Shown: positions 25,745-38,653, counted from the first letter of the whole stretch. The stretch: DNA of 63,852 bases, filler included, from Octopus bimaculoides (GCF_001194135.2; 6 parts of 6 records of this genome joined end to end with filler, not necessarily neighbours in it), one strand, 5' to 3'. Made by a program: numbers and translations. The notes: generated from the letters alone by a model not told the origin.

Positions 25745-25918
25745 GGGATTAAGCCGATTACATCGACCCCAGTGCGTAACTGATATTTAATTTATCGCCC
25801 CACCGAAAGGATTAAAGGCAAAGTCGACCTCGGCGGAATTTGAACTCAGAACGTAACGTCAGACGAAATACCGTTAAGCATTTCGCCCGGCGTGCTAACG
25901 TTTCTGCCAGCTCGCCGC
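25745..25918 (-). mobile_element. SINE B (in CUB intron 2)
   Basis: aaaggcaaagtcgacctcggcggaatttgaactcagaacg...ctgccagctcgccgc. Confidence 0.8.
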
Positions 25919-26163
25919 CACGCAGTTTCTGTCCATCAAATTCATTCATACGGTCAAACTTATGGGAGATGCTTGCCCAAGGTGCCGCGTAATGGGATTG
26001 AATCCGAAATCCCGTGGTTGCAAAGCCAGTTTCTTAACCACACATTCATGCCTATTGGTTAGGAACTGTTGCATTAAGAGATCTGAAAAACACCCAACCA
26101 ATCTGAAACTTCGCTTGTTTTATAATATGTATATATATATATTATATATACTCTCATATTAAC

Positions 26164-26279
26164 CTTTATATGGTAAAAGCAGTCACCCGAAAATTGGTGT
26201 TGTCTTGGGTAGCCAGGACTGGTCAAAAAGCCAGGACCATCAATTCGAGTTTGGTTGCACCAATCCACTGGACCAGAGC
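26164..26279 (-). CDS. CUB-domain protein exon 2 (start of CUB1)
   Basis: tttttcag| acceptor, AAG|gttaat donor; 116 nt, phase 1 to 0; SGPVDWCNQTRIDGPGFLTSPGYPRQHQFSGDCFYHIK has the CUB C...G.LTSPGYP...C.Y.I signature. Confidence 0.9.
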
Positions 26280-26416
26280 CTGAAAAATAGTTGAATGTAA
26301 AAGAAAAGGACAATAAGGAAAAAAATCTGATGAGCAGTAAAGCGAATAAATATACATACATATATAATATACACACTCGCGCGCGCATACATGCATACAT
26401 ACATACATACATACAT

Positions 26417-26505
<89 letters not shown>

Positions 26506-27436
26506 NNNNNNNNNNNNNNNNNNNNNNNNNNNNNNNNNNNNNNNNNNNNNNNNNNNNNNNNNNNNNNNNNNNNNNNNNNNNNNNNNNNNNNNNNNNNNNN
26601 NNNNNNNNNNNNNNNNNNNNNNNNNNNNNNNNNNNNNNNNNNNNNNNNNNNNNNNNNNNNNNNNNNNNNNNNNNNNNNNNNNNNNNNNNNNNNNNNNNNN
26701 NNNNNNNNNNNNNNNNNNNNNNNNNNNNNNNNNNNNNNNNNNNNNNNNNNNNNNNNNNNNNNNNNNNNNNNNNNNNNNNNNNNNNNNNNNNNNNNNNNNN
26801 NNNNNNNNNNNNNNNNNNNNNNNNNNNNNNNNNNNNNNNNNNNNNNNNNNNNNNNNNNNNNNNNNNNNNNNNNNNNNNNNNNNNNNNNNNNNNNNNNNNN
26901 NNNNNNNNNNNNNNNNNNNNNNNNNNNNNNNNNNNNNNNNNNNNNNNNNNNNNNNNNNNNNNNNNNNNNNNNNNNNNNNNNNNNNNNNNNNNNNNNNNNN
27001 NNNNNNNNNNNNNNNNNNNNNNNNNNNNNNNNNNNNNNNNNNNNNNNNNNNNNNNNNNNNNNNNNNNNNNNNNNNNNNNNNNNNNNNNNNNNNNNNNNNN
27101 NNNNNNNNNNNNNNNNNNNNNNNNNNNNNNNNNNNNNNNNNNNNNNNNNNNNNNNNNNNNNNNNNNNNNNNNNNNNNNNNNNNNNNNNNNNNNNNNNNNN
27201 NNNNNNNNNNNNNNNNNNNNNNNNNNNNNNNNNNNNNNNNNNNNNNNNNNNNNNNNNNNNNNNNNNNNNNNNNNNNNNNNNNNNNNNNNNNNNNNNNNNN
27301 NNNNNNNNNNNNNNNNNNNNNNNNNNNNNNNNNNNNNNNNNNNNNNNNNNNNNNNNNNNNNNNNNNNNNNNNNNNNNNNNNNNNNNNNNNNNNNNNNNNN
27401 NNNNNNNGTATATTAAGCGGATGGATCAGTGCTGAC

Positions 27437-27473
27437 CAGCAGCTAAAAACAGCATCAATAACAATAATAGCAT
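27437..27473 (-). CDS. CUB-domain protein, first coding exon (signal peptide MLLLLLMLFLAA-G)
   Basis: ATG at 27473 preceded by an in-frame TGA; 12 hydrophobic codons then G|gtcagc, a phase-1 donor that joins the phase-1 acceptor at 26279 to give MLLLLLMLFLAAGSGPVDWC. Confidence 0.75.
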
Positions 27474-27600
27474 CACTCAAAAGTCGAATGTTTCTGGGGT
27501 ATGTACTAGACCCTGGGTTAACGGAGCCCTTTCCTTAGCTCTGACCTAAAGTCGTCTAAGATCAATCAGGACGGTCATTTTGGATTTCCCACCAACACGT

Positions 27601-27616
27601 CATCACTACATCCACC

Positions 27617-27686
<70 letters not shown>

Positions 27687-29475
27687 CCACCACTAATATT
27701 AGCTACACTACTTCCACCACCCTTCCAATCATACCAACATACCTTCCCATCACACAATACTTCCACTGCCTTATCACTCCTCCCCCACCACTCCACTCCA
27801 CTCCACTCCCAACCCCTATCACTCACAGCACTTACATTAGTCATCACCTCTATACCACCCCTAATCCCAAAACCCCACTAGCGACACTCTCACACCCCGA
27901 CAACAACAACAACAACAACAACATCAATACCAACCTCACTTCATCACATCACCCACATTGTCTATTGTCTTTCCACCACCACCACCACCACCACAACCAC
28001 CATCTTTAGCACCCAGACAAGGAGAGGTGGTGGTGGTAGTGGGGGAGGCGGAGGGGTTAGGGGGCAGAAATACAATAAAAACGGTTCTTAAGTATTTTCC
28101 CCTTTCTTGGCGAGAAACCGGAAATAGCTCAGTTATGGCACTTGTGGACTTCTGCTAACTGTTTTGGTGGTGGCGGTGACGGTGATGGCGATTATGGTAG
28201 GCGATTATGGTAACTGTTGTGGCAGCGGTGGTGGTGAGTTTGGTGGTGGTGGTGGTGGTGGTNNNNNNNNNNNNNNNNNNNNNNNNNNNNNNNNNNNNNN
28301 NNNNNNNNNNNNNNNNNNNNNNNNNNNNNNNNNNNNNNNNNNNNNNNNNNNNNNNNNNNNNNNNNNNNNNNNNNNNNNNNNNNNNNNNNNNNNNNNNNNN
28401 NNNNNNNNNNNNNNNNNNNNNNNNNNNNNNNNNNNNNNNNNNNNNNNNNNNNNNNNNNNNNNNNNNNNNNNNNNNNNNNNNNNNNNNNNNNNNNNNNNNN
28501 NNNNNNNNNNNNNNNNNNNNNNNNNNNNNNNNNNNNNNNNNNNNNNNNNNNNNNNNNNNNNNNNNNNNNNNNNNNNNNNNNNNNNNNNNNNNNNNNNNNN
28601 NNNNNNNNNNNNNNNNNNNNNNNNNNNNNNNNNNNNNNNNNNNNNNNNNNNNNNNNNNNNNNNNNNNNNNNNNNNNNNNNNNNNNNNNNNNNNNNNNNNN
28701 NNNNNNNNNNNNNNNNNNNNNNNNNNNNNNNNNNNNNNNNNNNNNNNNNNNNNNNNNNNNNNNNNNNNNNNNNNNNNNNNNNNNNNNNNNNNNNNNNNNN
28801 NNNNNNNNNNNNNNNNNNNNNNNNNNNNNNNNNNNNNNNNNNNNNNNNNNNNNNNNNNNNNNNNNNNNNNNNNNNNNNNNNNNNNNNNNNNNNNNNNNNN
28901 NNNNNNNNNNNNNNNNNNNNNNNNNNNNNNNNNNNNNNNNNNNNNNNNNNNNNNNNNNNNNNNNNNNNNNNNNNNNNNNNNNNNNNNNNNNNNNNNNNNN
29001 NNNNNNNNNNNNNNNNNNNNNNNNNNNNNNNNNNNNNNNNNNNNNNNNNNNNNNNNNNNNNNNNNNNNNNNNNNNNNNNNNNNNNNNNNNNNNNNNNNNN
29101 NNNNNNNNNNNNNNNNNNNNNNNNNNNNNNNNNNNNNNNNNNNNNNNNNNNNNNNNNNNNNNNNNNNNNNNNNNNNNNNNNNNNNNNNNNNNNNNNNNNN
29201 NNNNNNNNNNNNNGGTAGTGTTGGTGATGGTGATGGTGGTGGTGGTGGTAATGGTAGTAGTGGTAGTGGTGGTGGTGATGGTGATGGTGATGGTGGTGGC
29301 GGTGGTGGTGGCTTGGTGGTAATCGAGATATTGGTGACGAGAGTGGTGGTGATGATGGCAAAGATGGTACTGAAGATTATGATGGCAATTGTGCGGTGTT
29401 GGTGGTGGTGGTGGTGATAATGTTAGGGCGTTAGTAGTGATAATAACGTTAGTAGATATGATGGTGGTGTGATGA
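27601..29475. repeat. (CAC/CAT)n arrays facing (GGT/GAT)n arrays around a 950-N gap
   Basis: CAC/CAT at 27601-27692 and 27976-28005; GGT/GAT at 28165-28262 and 29214-29475. Confidence 0.85.
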
Positions 29476-29619
29476 TGATGACTGTTGTGTGAGGGTGGGG
29501 ATTGTAGATCTGATACCGTTGTTGATTAATTATTAGCCTCGGATCCCTCCTGATCGAACAAGACCAATAATTCTTTCTATCTACTATCGGAAGTACGTAA
29601 CGAAATATACCTCCGACAA

Positions 29620-30260
29620 ATAATAATAATAATTCTCCGTTCTACTATAGCTACAAGGTCTGAAATTTGTGGGGAGGGGACTAATCGATTATATCGACCC
29701 AGTCTTTGACTGGTACTTAATTTATCGACCCCGAAAGGATGAAAGGCAATGTCGACCTCGGCGGAATTTGAACTCAGGACGAACGAAACGCCGCTGAGTA
29801 TTTTGCCCGCCGAGCTAATAATTTTGTCATCTCGCCACCTTAATAATAATAATAATAACAATAATAATAATAATAATAATAATGGTTTCATATTTTGGCA
29901 CAAACCAGCAATTTGGGGAAAGGGCCTAAGTCGATTACATAGACCCCAGTGTTCAACTGGTACATAGTTTATCGACCCTGAAAGGATGAAAGGCAAAGTC
30001 GACCTCGGCGGAATTTGATAATAATAACAATGATAATGATAATAATAATTATAATAATCCTTTCTACTAAAGGCACAAGGCCTGAAATTTAGTGGGATGG
30101 GGACAAGTCGATTTCATCGAACACAGTGTTTCACTGGTACTTAATCTATCGACCCCGGAAAGATGAAAGGCAAAGTCGACCTCGGCGGAATTTGAACTCA
30201 GGACGTAGCAATGGGCAAAATACCGCTAAAGAGTTTTTGCCCGGCGTGCTAACGTTTTTT
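29620..30260 (-). mobile_element. Three head-to-tail SINE B copies separated by (AAT)n
   Basis: tcgaccccgaaaggatgaaaggcaaagtcgacctcggcggaatttg occurs three times (about 29725, 29972, 30150). Confidence 0.85.
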
Positions 30261-30345
30261 GATTAAAATAAAATGAATGATCGATTAACTTTATGTTACA
30301 TGAAGATGGTTAACATTACGTAACGGCAAACAGTAGCATATACGC

Positions 30346-30413
<68 letters not shown>

Positions 30414-30634
30414 CGTGTGTGCACGTGTGCATGTATGACATTTTGCGTAACCTTTCATCCTTTAAATTTTAAGGTCTTATAAATTCTTGTTCTATCATCG
30501 TCTGTATGAATATGTATGTGAGTCATCTAGTTTTTAATTAGTTGAAGTCTTCTTTTAAGAGCTGGGTTTTTTTTGTTTTGTTTTGTTCGTCGTTGCTATA
30601 TGGATAACAGAAGCAATGTCACAGAGCTCCATCT

Positions 30635-30975
30635 TAAGACTTCCATATTTTTATTGCTCCGCTTTCAGGTTGTAGTTGTAACGTGCAAGAAAGTTGGTTT
30701 CTTAGACATTTACTCACAAAGCCAAGCGCATTAATTATTATTGTTATAAACATGAAGTTATAATCTGGGTATAGAAGCTGAATGTTTCAAAGTAACTGAC
30801 CGTAGTTACCCTCTTTCTCTTTGATTTTCAAAGAGATATTCGCATCCGTAGGGTAGCTGACCTCTATGGCAGTACATACTTTTCTTGTCTTTCCCTGACA
30901 ACGATATCCGGCCTTTTATGTTTGCACTCGGTAGAAGTTTTGATGGGAATGTTCCACAAATATTCCTTGTAGAGA
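30635..30975 (-). mobile_element. Degraded REL LINE C-terminal fragment (different family)
   Basis: EYLWNIPIKTSTECKHKRPDIVVRERQEK / frameshift / IEVSYPTDANISLKIKEKEGNYGQLL*NIQLLYPDYNFMFITIIINALGF. Confidence 0.7.
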
Positions 30976-31079
30976 TGTGTATGTATGTATGTATGTGCGT
31001 GCGTGCGTATGTACATATGTATGAATATTTAGTAACATAACTAAAAAGACAAAAGATTTTGAGTATAAACATAAATATA

Positions 31080-31373
31080 GGCGCAGGAGTGGCTGTGTGG
31101 TAAGTAGCTTGCTTACCAACCACATGGTTCCGGGTTCAGTCCCGCTGTATGGCACCTTGGGCAAGTGACTTCTACTATAGGCTCGGGTCGACCAAAGCCT
31201 TGTGAGTGGATTTGGTAGACGGAAACTGGAAGAAGCCCGTCGTATATGTATGTATATATATATATGTATGTGTGTGTATATGTTTGTGTGTCTGTTTGTC
31301 CCCCCCCCCTCTCCACCCGACCCCAGCATCGCTTGACAACCGATGCCGGTGTGTTTGCGTTCCCGTAACTTAG
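31080..31373 (+). mobile_element. SINE A 5' two-thirds, cut by a gap
   Basis: ggcgcaggagtggctgtgtggtaag...gtagacggaaactg; homology to 39847-40256. Confidence 0.8.
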
Positions 31374-31622
31374 NNNNNNNNNNNNNNNNNNNNNNNNNNN
31401 NNNNNNNNNNNNNNNNNNNNNNNNNNNNNNNNNNNNNNNNNNNNNNNNNNNNNNNNNNNNNNNNNNNNNNNNNNNNNNNNNNNNNNNNNNNNNNNNNNNN
31501 NNNNNNNNNNNNNNNNNNNNNNNNNNNNNNNNNNNNNNNNNNNNNNNNNNNNNNNNNNNNNNNNNNNNNNNNNNNNNNNNNNNNNNNNNNNNNNNNNNNN
31601 NNNNNNNNNNNNNNNNNNNNNN

Positions 31623-31670
<48 letters not shown>

Positions 31671-32068
31671 ATATTTCTTTCTTTATTTCAAATAACTATT
31701 TCAAATGTGTTGTCCTTGCATTTAACGGAAGTTTTGATAGTAATGTTCCACCAATATTCTTTGTGTTGAAACATGTTTGTTCTTAACATCACATACACAC
31801 ACACAGACACGTACGTACGTACCCTAAGGATGGTGTTGTATATTGTTTTAGCAACGCGACATTATACCAAAGTGTAGGTTAGCACCTTAATTACATTTGG
31901 TTGAGAAATGTTGATCATATGTAATACTTTTCGCTTGTATTTGATATAATCGACATATACATATGTATTTTGAATGTATAAGTACCATGTCAGACGACCT
32001 AAAAAGGAATTTTTTCTTCCGAGCAACGGAAACTTACATACAGGAAACCAAAAGTGTACGTACGCCGC

Positions 32069-32102
<34 letters not shown>

Positions 32103-33297
32103 AATAAGTAGATATGGCAGACTTCTTTCAGTTTCCGTCTACCAAATAGATTTACAAGGTTTCAGCCGCCCAGGTCTATAGCAGAAGACACCGCGCAAGG
32201 AGACTGAACTCGAAATCGTATGGTTGGAAAGCAAAACTTCTTACCACACAGCCACGCCTGTGCCTATTCGCATATTGCCATCTTGGAGCTTACAGGAAAC
32301 ATACCTGTGCATAATCTGCTGTTAATATACTGCGTGTTTCTTCACTAGATCTTTGTTTTGTTAAAGTGTTCTAGTCCAATAGTTTTGGGATCGCAGGAAA
32401 CGTAGTCAAGAACAGAGTATTTCAAAAAGAATTCAGTTCCCACTATAAGCTACTATTCGTTTTACAATTGTGTATTGAATTAATGCAATTATTTTGTTGT
32501 TGATGTTTAGCAGATGTTGTCTGAGTGATACCATACGTCGCTCAAAAGCCACACCGTATTAGAAAATCGGTATCTTAACGATATTTTGGGAAGCTGATAA
32601 TAACACTCGTAATCCCTTTTATTTGTTTCAGTGACTGAACTGTGACTACACCGAAGGACGGTTTGAAGCAAATCAGACAAGTTTATTCAAATTGGGCCCC
32701 GCGCCAAGAGAGGGTCCGAACGGAGGACGTTATGATGATTTTTTTTGTATATCTCTATGGAGTAGTACACAAAGCATAAACCATCAATCTTCAGCTTTCG
32801 TAGAGTAGAAGGTCGCATTGGCAATTCTCTAATTGGGTCCTGCATTTCCCAGCACCGGCCCTAACCACACTATGACACCATTTTGAAGAATTTAATCGAA
32901 CAAATGGACCCCAATTCTTTTCAAGTATGGTACTTATTCTTTGGATCTCTGAGGGCAAACCGCTCGGTAATGAGGACATAAAGAAAGCAACATTAGTTAT
33001 TAGGTGGTGTGGGTACAAACACACACCTACTAATGACAGGCTTCAACATAGTTTTCATTTACTGAATTCACTCACAAGTCGTTGGTCGGCCCGGAATTAT
33101 AGTAAAAGACATTCTCTAAGGTGCTGTACGGAGGAACTGAACTCAGAACCAAGTGGTTACGAAGCGAACTTCTTAACCATAAAGTTATGTCTGTGTAATA
33201 TTTTTCTCTGGTAGACGACATAATCGCCATACTAAGTTGCATTTTGGTGGTGTGGTTTAGGTACAACCTTCAGTATAAGAATCAGTTGATATCATTG

Positions 33298-33681
33298 TGT
33301 GGAGGCGCAATGGTCAGAGCAGCGGACTCGCGGTCATAGGATCGCGGTTTCGATTCCCAGATCGGGCGTTGTGGGTGTTTATTGAGTGAAAACACTTAAA
33401 GCTCCACGAGGCTCCGGCAGGGGATGGTGGCGAACCCTGCTGTACTCTTTCACCACAACTTTCTCTCACTCTTACTTCCTGTTTCTGTTGTGCCTGTAAT
33501 TCAAAGGGTCAGCATTGTCACACTCTGTGTCACGCTGAATATCCCCGAGAACTACGTTAAGGGTACACGTGTCTGTGGAGTGCTCAGCCACTTGCACGTT
33601 AATTTCACGAGCAGGCTGTTCCGTTGATCGGATCAACTGGAACCCTCGACGTCGTCGTAAGCGACGGAGTGCCAACAACAA
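33298..33681 (+). mobile_element. tRNA-derived SINE family C, full length
   Basis: tgtggaggcgcaatgg..ggtttcgattcccag head; ends in gacggagtgccaacaaca; matched by 54752-55003 and 5823-6092. Confidence 0.85.
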
Positions 33682-34346
33682 ACGATATCATTGTATCTGT
33701 AGAAGCTTCCAGTCGATGTTAGGCTCTTGCAACTTTTATATCAATAGCACGTATATCCTCTGTAAATGAGTAGAGCATTCCCAATGTTGGTAGCGGTCTT
33801 AGAAGTCAAAATGCACTAGGATATTGTCATAACCAAGGCACACAAGGGGATAAGGTTTCATTCCGGTACATAGTTTCGAAACCTGGATGACCAAGGGGGA
33901 GTCCCTGAGACTGCTGAGCCTCCCCCTAATAAGAAAATAAAGCTTAACACCCTTACATTTTGAGGAGGCTCACGATTTTTTGTATTCTAGGACACGAAGG
34001 TAGTTTTGTTCTACTCTGCAAAATCTAACACGGTAGCCCTTGTCTTGATGTAACAGGAAAATCACCGACTCTCTGCTCGTTTTATATGCATTCAGAGCAT
34101 CTTTGTGTGAAGTATTTTCGTTATTGCCAAAACCATTGTAGTTCTCCTCGTGCGAAACGAGGGAAACCACTGGTGTAAAGAAATGTTTTTAAACAGCTTA
34201 ATTGAGGAATTAATTGGTCTGTCGTGGGGAAGAAGAAAAAGTCTCAGGTTTCAAGCAACTTATCAAATATGAAGAATTCTTTCGGCCAAATTCCATTCCT
34301 ATATCAACTGAAAATATTCTTAAGACGAGCTGTATGTGTATGTGCA

Positions 34347-34409
<63 letters not shown>

Positions 34410-34465
34410 NNNNNNNNNNAAGACATTAGTTCACACATACACAAGGGGCGCACTATAATAGACAT

Positions 34466-34503
<38 letters not shown>

Positions 34504-35480
34504 TCCCGTACCTCTGTCTCTGTCTCTGTCTCTCTCTTTCTGTCTCTGTCTCTCTCTTTCTTTCTCTCTCTCTCTCTCCCCTCTTCCGATCCGATCTATC
34601 TTTATATCTTACTTACATAAAGAGAATTAAAAGCGTGTGTGAGTATCTGCTTGCGTGTGAGTGAGTGAATTATTTCAACGCGTATTAATCTTGATGTATT
34701 TAATGTATTAGATACAGCATAAATTGTCGAAAAGCAAGAAGGGAAGACTACGGGTCAACTTCGAATCTTCAGTGTCGTCTCTGTGACCAAAGATTCATCT
34801 CAAACATGACAAGCTACCTTCATGGAAGTTGGAAACGTCAACAACAACGAATAAATAAATCTTGCAAATATCCTCGACAACGAAGACAGGCCGATATATA
34901 TATATATATATANNNNNNNNNNNNNNNNNNNNNNNNNNNNNNNNNNNNNNNNNNNNNNNNNNNNNNNNNNNNNNNNNNNNNNNNNNNNNNNNNNNNNNNN
35001 NNNNNNNNNNNNNNNNNNNNNNNNNNNNNNNNNNNNNNNNNNNNNNNNNNNNNNNNNNNNNNNNNNNNNNNNNNNNNNNNNNNNNNNNNNNNNNNNNNNN
35101 NNNNNNNNNNNNNNNNNNNNNNNNNNNNNNNNNNNNNNNNNNNNNNNNNNNNNNNNNNNNNNNNNNNNNNNNNNNNNNNNNNNNNNNNNNNNNNNNNNNN
35201 NNNNNNNNNNNNNNNNNNNNNNNNNNNNNNNNNNNNNNNNNNNNNNNNNNNNNNNNNNNNNNNNNNNNNNNNNNNNNNNNNNNNNNNNNNNNNNNNNNNN
35301 NNNNNNNNNNNNNNNNNNNNNNNNNNNNNNNNNNNNNNNNNNNNNNNNNNNNNNNNNNNNNNNNNNNNNNNNNNNNNNNNNNNNNNNNNNNNNNNNNNNN
35401 NNNNNNNNNNNNNNNNNNNNNNNNNNNNNNNNNNNNNNNNNNNNNNNNNNNNNNNNNNNNNNNNNNNNNNNNNNNNNNNN

Positions 35481-35584
35481 TTTTAAAGCCTAGTACTTAT
35501 TCTATCGGTCTATTTTGCCGAACAGCTAAGTTACGGGGGACATCGACACCGGCACCGGTTGTCAAGCGGTGATGGGGGAGGGAA

Positions 35585-35627
<43 letters not shown>

Positions 35628-35790
35628 AAACACACACTTACACACACATATGGCTGGCACCACACAGTTTCTTTCTACTAGATAAATTCACTCACAAGGC
35701 TTAGATCGGCCTGGGACTGCAGTGGAATATACCTGCCCAATCAGCCTCGCATCAGGACTGAACCCAAGACCATATGGTTGGGAAGCAAGC
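35481..35790 (-). mobile_element. SINE A, diverged
   Basis: cctagtacttattctatcggtc...accatatggttgggaagcaagc. Confidence 0.7.
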
Positions 35791-36273
35791 TTCTAAATCC
35801 CAGTAACTGAGAAGGGACCAGCTAATCCAGGCGTTTACCTCAGGCAGCATTCCTGCAAACAGCTGCAACGTGAATTTATATAATATAAGTATTTCTTCAG
35901 TAGAAACATTAGTTTAGTATTAAAGCTGTCTTCCGTCGCAGAGTAAACACACACACACACACATGTATGTATGTATGTATGTATGTATGTACGTATGTAT
36001 GTATGTATGTATGTAGGGTGGGGTGAGCGGCATGTCTTGATGATACGGCTGTTCTAATGAGCTGTTCAGCAGATAATCAAGTAGTCACTTAAGATGTCAT
36101 TAACGCCAGTAGCCCTCACCGCTGACTGAAATTGTCCATTTTATTAGCATTTATCGCCAAGCACACACAAATACTAACCATAGACAAAGACGGACGGACG
36201 GACATGCATGCATACATACATACACACATACAAATCTGCACATACATAAAAACATACATACAAACAAGAATAC

Positions 36274-36353
36274 CCTGTTGTTGGTGTTGAAATTCCAATG
36301 AAGGAACCTTGGATCTGGATTAGAAACCGGTTCTTTCTGTATTGGCAAGAAAT
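36274..36353 (-). CDS. Candidate exon in a unique island between microsatellites
   Basis: tttatttcaag| acceptor, AGG|gtattc donor; 80 nt, DFLPIQKEPVSNPDPRFLHWNFNTNNR; may instead be non-coding. Confidence 0.2.
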
Positions 36354-36623
36354 CTTGAAATAAACTGAATAATGACATACATACACACGCACACATGCAT
36401 AAACACATACGTCCTTTCTATCTGCCGGTCTGTTTGTGTTTATATATGTTAAATCTCTCTCTCTCTTTCTCTCTCTATCTCTCTCTCTCTCTCCCTCTCA
36501 CTCACTTTCTCATTCACTCACTCTCGCTCTCTCTCTCTTTCTCTCTTTCTTTCTCTCTCTCATAATGTGTGTAGTGGGCATGTGAAAGTGTGCGTTCATT
36601 CGTTCGTGTGTCTGTGTATGAAC

Positions 36624-36668
<45 letters not shown>

Positions 36669-37460
36669 NNNNNNNNNNNNNNNNNNNNNNNNNNNNNNNN
36701 NNNNNNNNNNNNNNNNNNNNNNNNNNNNNNNNNNNNNNNNNNNNNNNNNNNNNNNNNNNNNNNNNNNNNNNNNNNNNNNNNNNNNNNNNNNNNNNNNNNN
36801 NNNNNNNNNNNNNNNNNNNNNNNNNNNNNNNNNNNNNNNNNNNNNNNNNNNNNNNNNNNNNNNNNNNNNNNNNNNNNNNNNNNNNNNNNNNNNNNNNNNN
36901 NNNNNNNNNNNNNNNNNNNNNNNNNNNNNNNNNNNNNNNNNNNNNNNNNNNNNNNNNNNNNNNNNNNNNNNNNNNNNNNNNNNNNNNNNNNNNNNNNNNN
37001 NNNNNNNNNNNNNNNNNNNNNNNNNNGACTGGCTACACGGGATGGTAGACTCAATTCGTCGCTCGATTTAACACCACCACCAGTCACTTCGAGTGCCTTA
37101 AGCGGGATGCACTCTGTGGCAAGCATTCGGATCAGGTTTCCGGTTTGAAGATATCCCTCTCTCCATTTCTCTGTCTCTCCCCTCCTCCTACCAGTTCGGT
37201 GCTGGTGGTGATGGTGGTGGTTGTGATGATGGTGGTGATGGTGGTGGTGGTGGTGATTGCGGTGGCATCGATGGAGGTGGCGTGGTGAAGGTGGACTGGT
37301 ATTTGTGAACTGAAGAACCACGGAAGTAGAGACTCTCTTATTTGGCTTGCAGAGGCAGTCTTGGTGAGTGTGATGGTGAGAAGAGTGAATAAGTTGGAAT
37401 GAGGGGAACAGTTTAAATACTTAAGTAATTAATTAAACACATTGGCGAACATATATATAT

Positions 37461-37869
37461 TCTTTTACTTGTTTCAGTCATTTGACTGCGGCCATGCTGG
37501 AGCACCGCCTTTAGTCGAATCAAATCGACCCCAGGACTTATTCTTTGTAAGCCTAGTACTTATTCTATCGGTCTCTTTTTGCCGAACCGCTAAGTTACGG
37601 GTACCTAAACACACCAGCATCGGTTGTCAAGCGATGCTGGGGGGAGGGGACAAACAGATTCACAAACATATACACACACACACATATATATTTATATACA
37701 TATATATGACGGACTTCTTTCAGTTTCCGTCTACCAAATCCACTCACAAGGCTTTGGTCGGCCCGAGGCTATAGTAGAAGACACTTGCCCAAGATGCCAC
37801 GCAGTGGGACTGAACCCGGAGCCATGTGGTTGGTAAGCAGGCTACTTACCACACAGCCACTCATACGCC
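37461..37869 (-). mobile_element. SINE family A, full length
   Basis: Reverse complement aligns end to end with 39847-40256. Confidence 0.85.
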
Positions 37870-37978
37870 TTTGATCATCGTTTTCGTTTAAACGTCGGAT
37901 TTATCGTCTTTCCAATCTATGTTGTCGCTGTTCTTCAGTTTCAAATCATAATCGCTCTCTTTTTTTCATTCAGACGTC

Positions 37979-38040
37979 TTTCTCTGTTTAGCTGATACCT
38001 CTCCCTTTCTCTGTTTAGCTGATACCTCTCCCTTTCTCTG
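37979..38040 (+). repeat. 27-bp tandem duplication
   Basis: TTTCTCTGTTTAGCTGATACCTCTCCC twice plus a partial third copy. Confidence 0.9.
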
Positions 38041-38421
38041 ATCTTTTAGGCTTCGGGTGTCGGAAGGCTCGAACCAGGCCTGTTTGGTGACATCTTAGGA
38101 AAGTATTCTTATGAATTCTTATTAAAAATGTATCATAAAAATATAAGAAGAATTTTTATCGTTCAGGCCACGGCACTACGAAAGTTGTATAAATGATTAA
38201 GGGAAGAAAAAAACAAAGTAAGAAAAAGGGACGGACGGCGGAAGCTGTAACGGCTCTTTGAAGTGTCGCCGCCCCAAATTGACATTTTCAACTTGATTTT
38301 TTCTTCTTAAAACGGGAAATTACTATTTCATTTCTAATCTTTATCATCTTAATCAAATGGCAGGAAAACTGAGTTTTAGTATAATATAGATAGTTATGAT
38401 TATAGATGTGTGCGTGTATGC

Positions 38422-38467
<46 letters not shown>

Positions 38468-38585
38468 GTATATGTGTGTGTGTATGTGTGTGTGTATATA
38501 TGTGTGTGTATATACATGTGTATATATAAGTGTGCATATACATGTATATATATAAGTATGCATATACATCTGTATATATGTGTAC

Positions 38586-38653
<68 letters not shown>

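Noticed and set aside
33298-33365. tRNA-like A and B boxes here and in other SINE heads
   Set aside because: No complete cloverleaf; they continue into SINE bodies, so they are not tRNA genes.
34805-34845. ATGACAA...GAAACGTC hammerhead-like words
   Set aside because: Core is mutated and there is no helix I complementarity.
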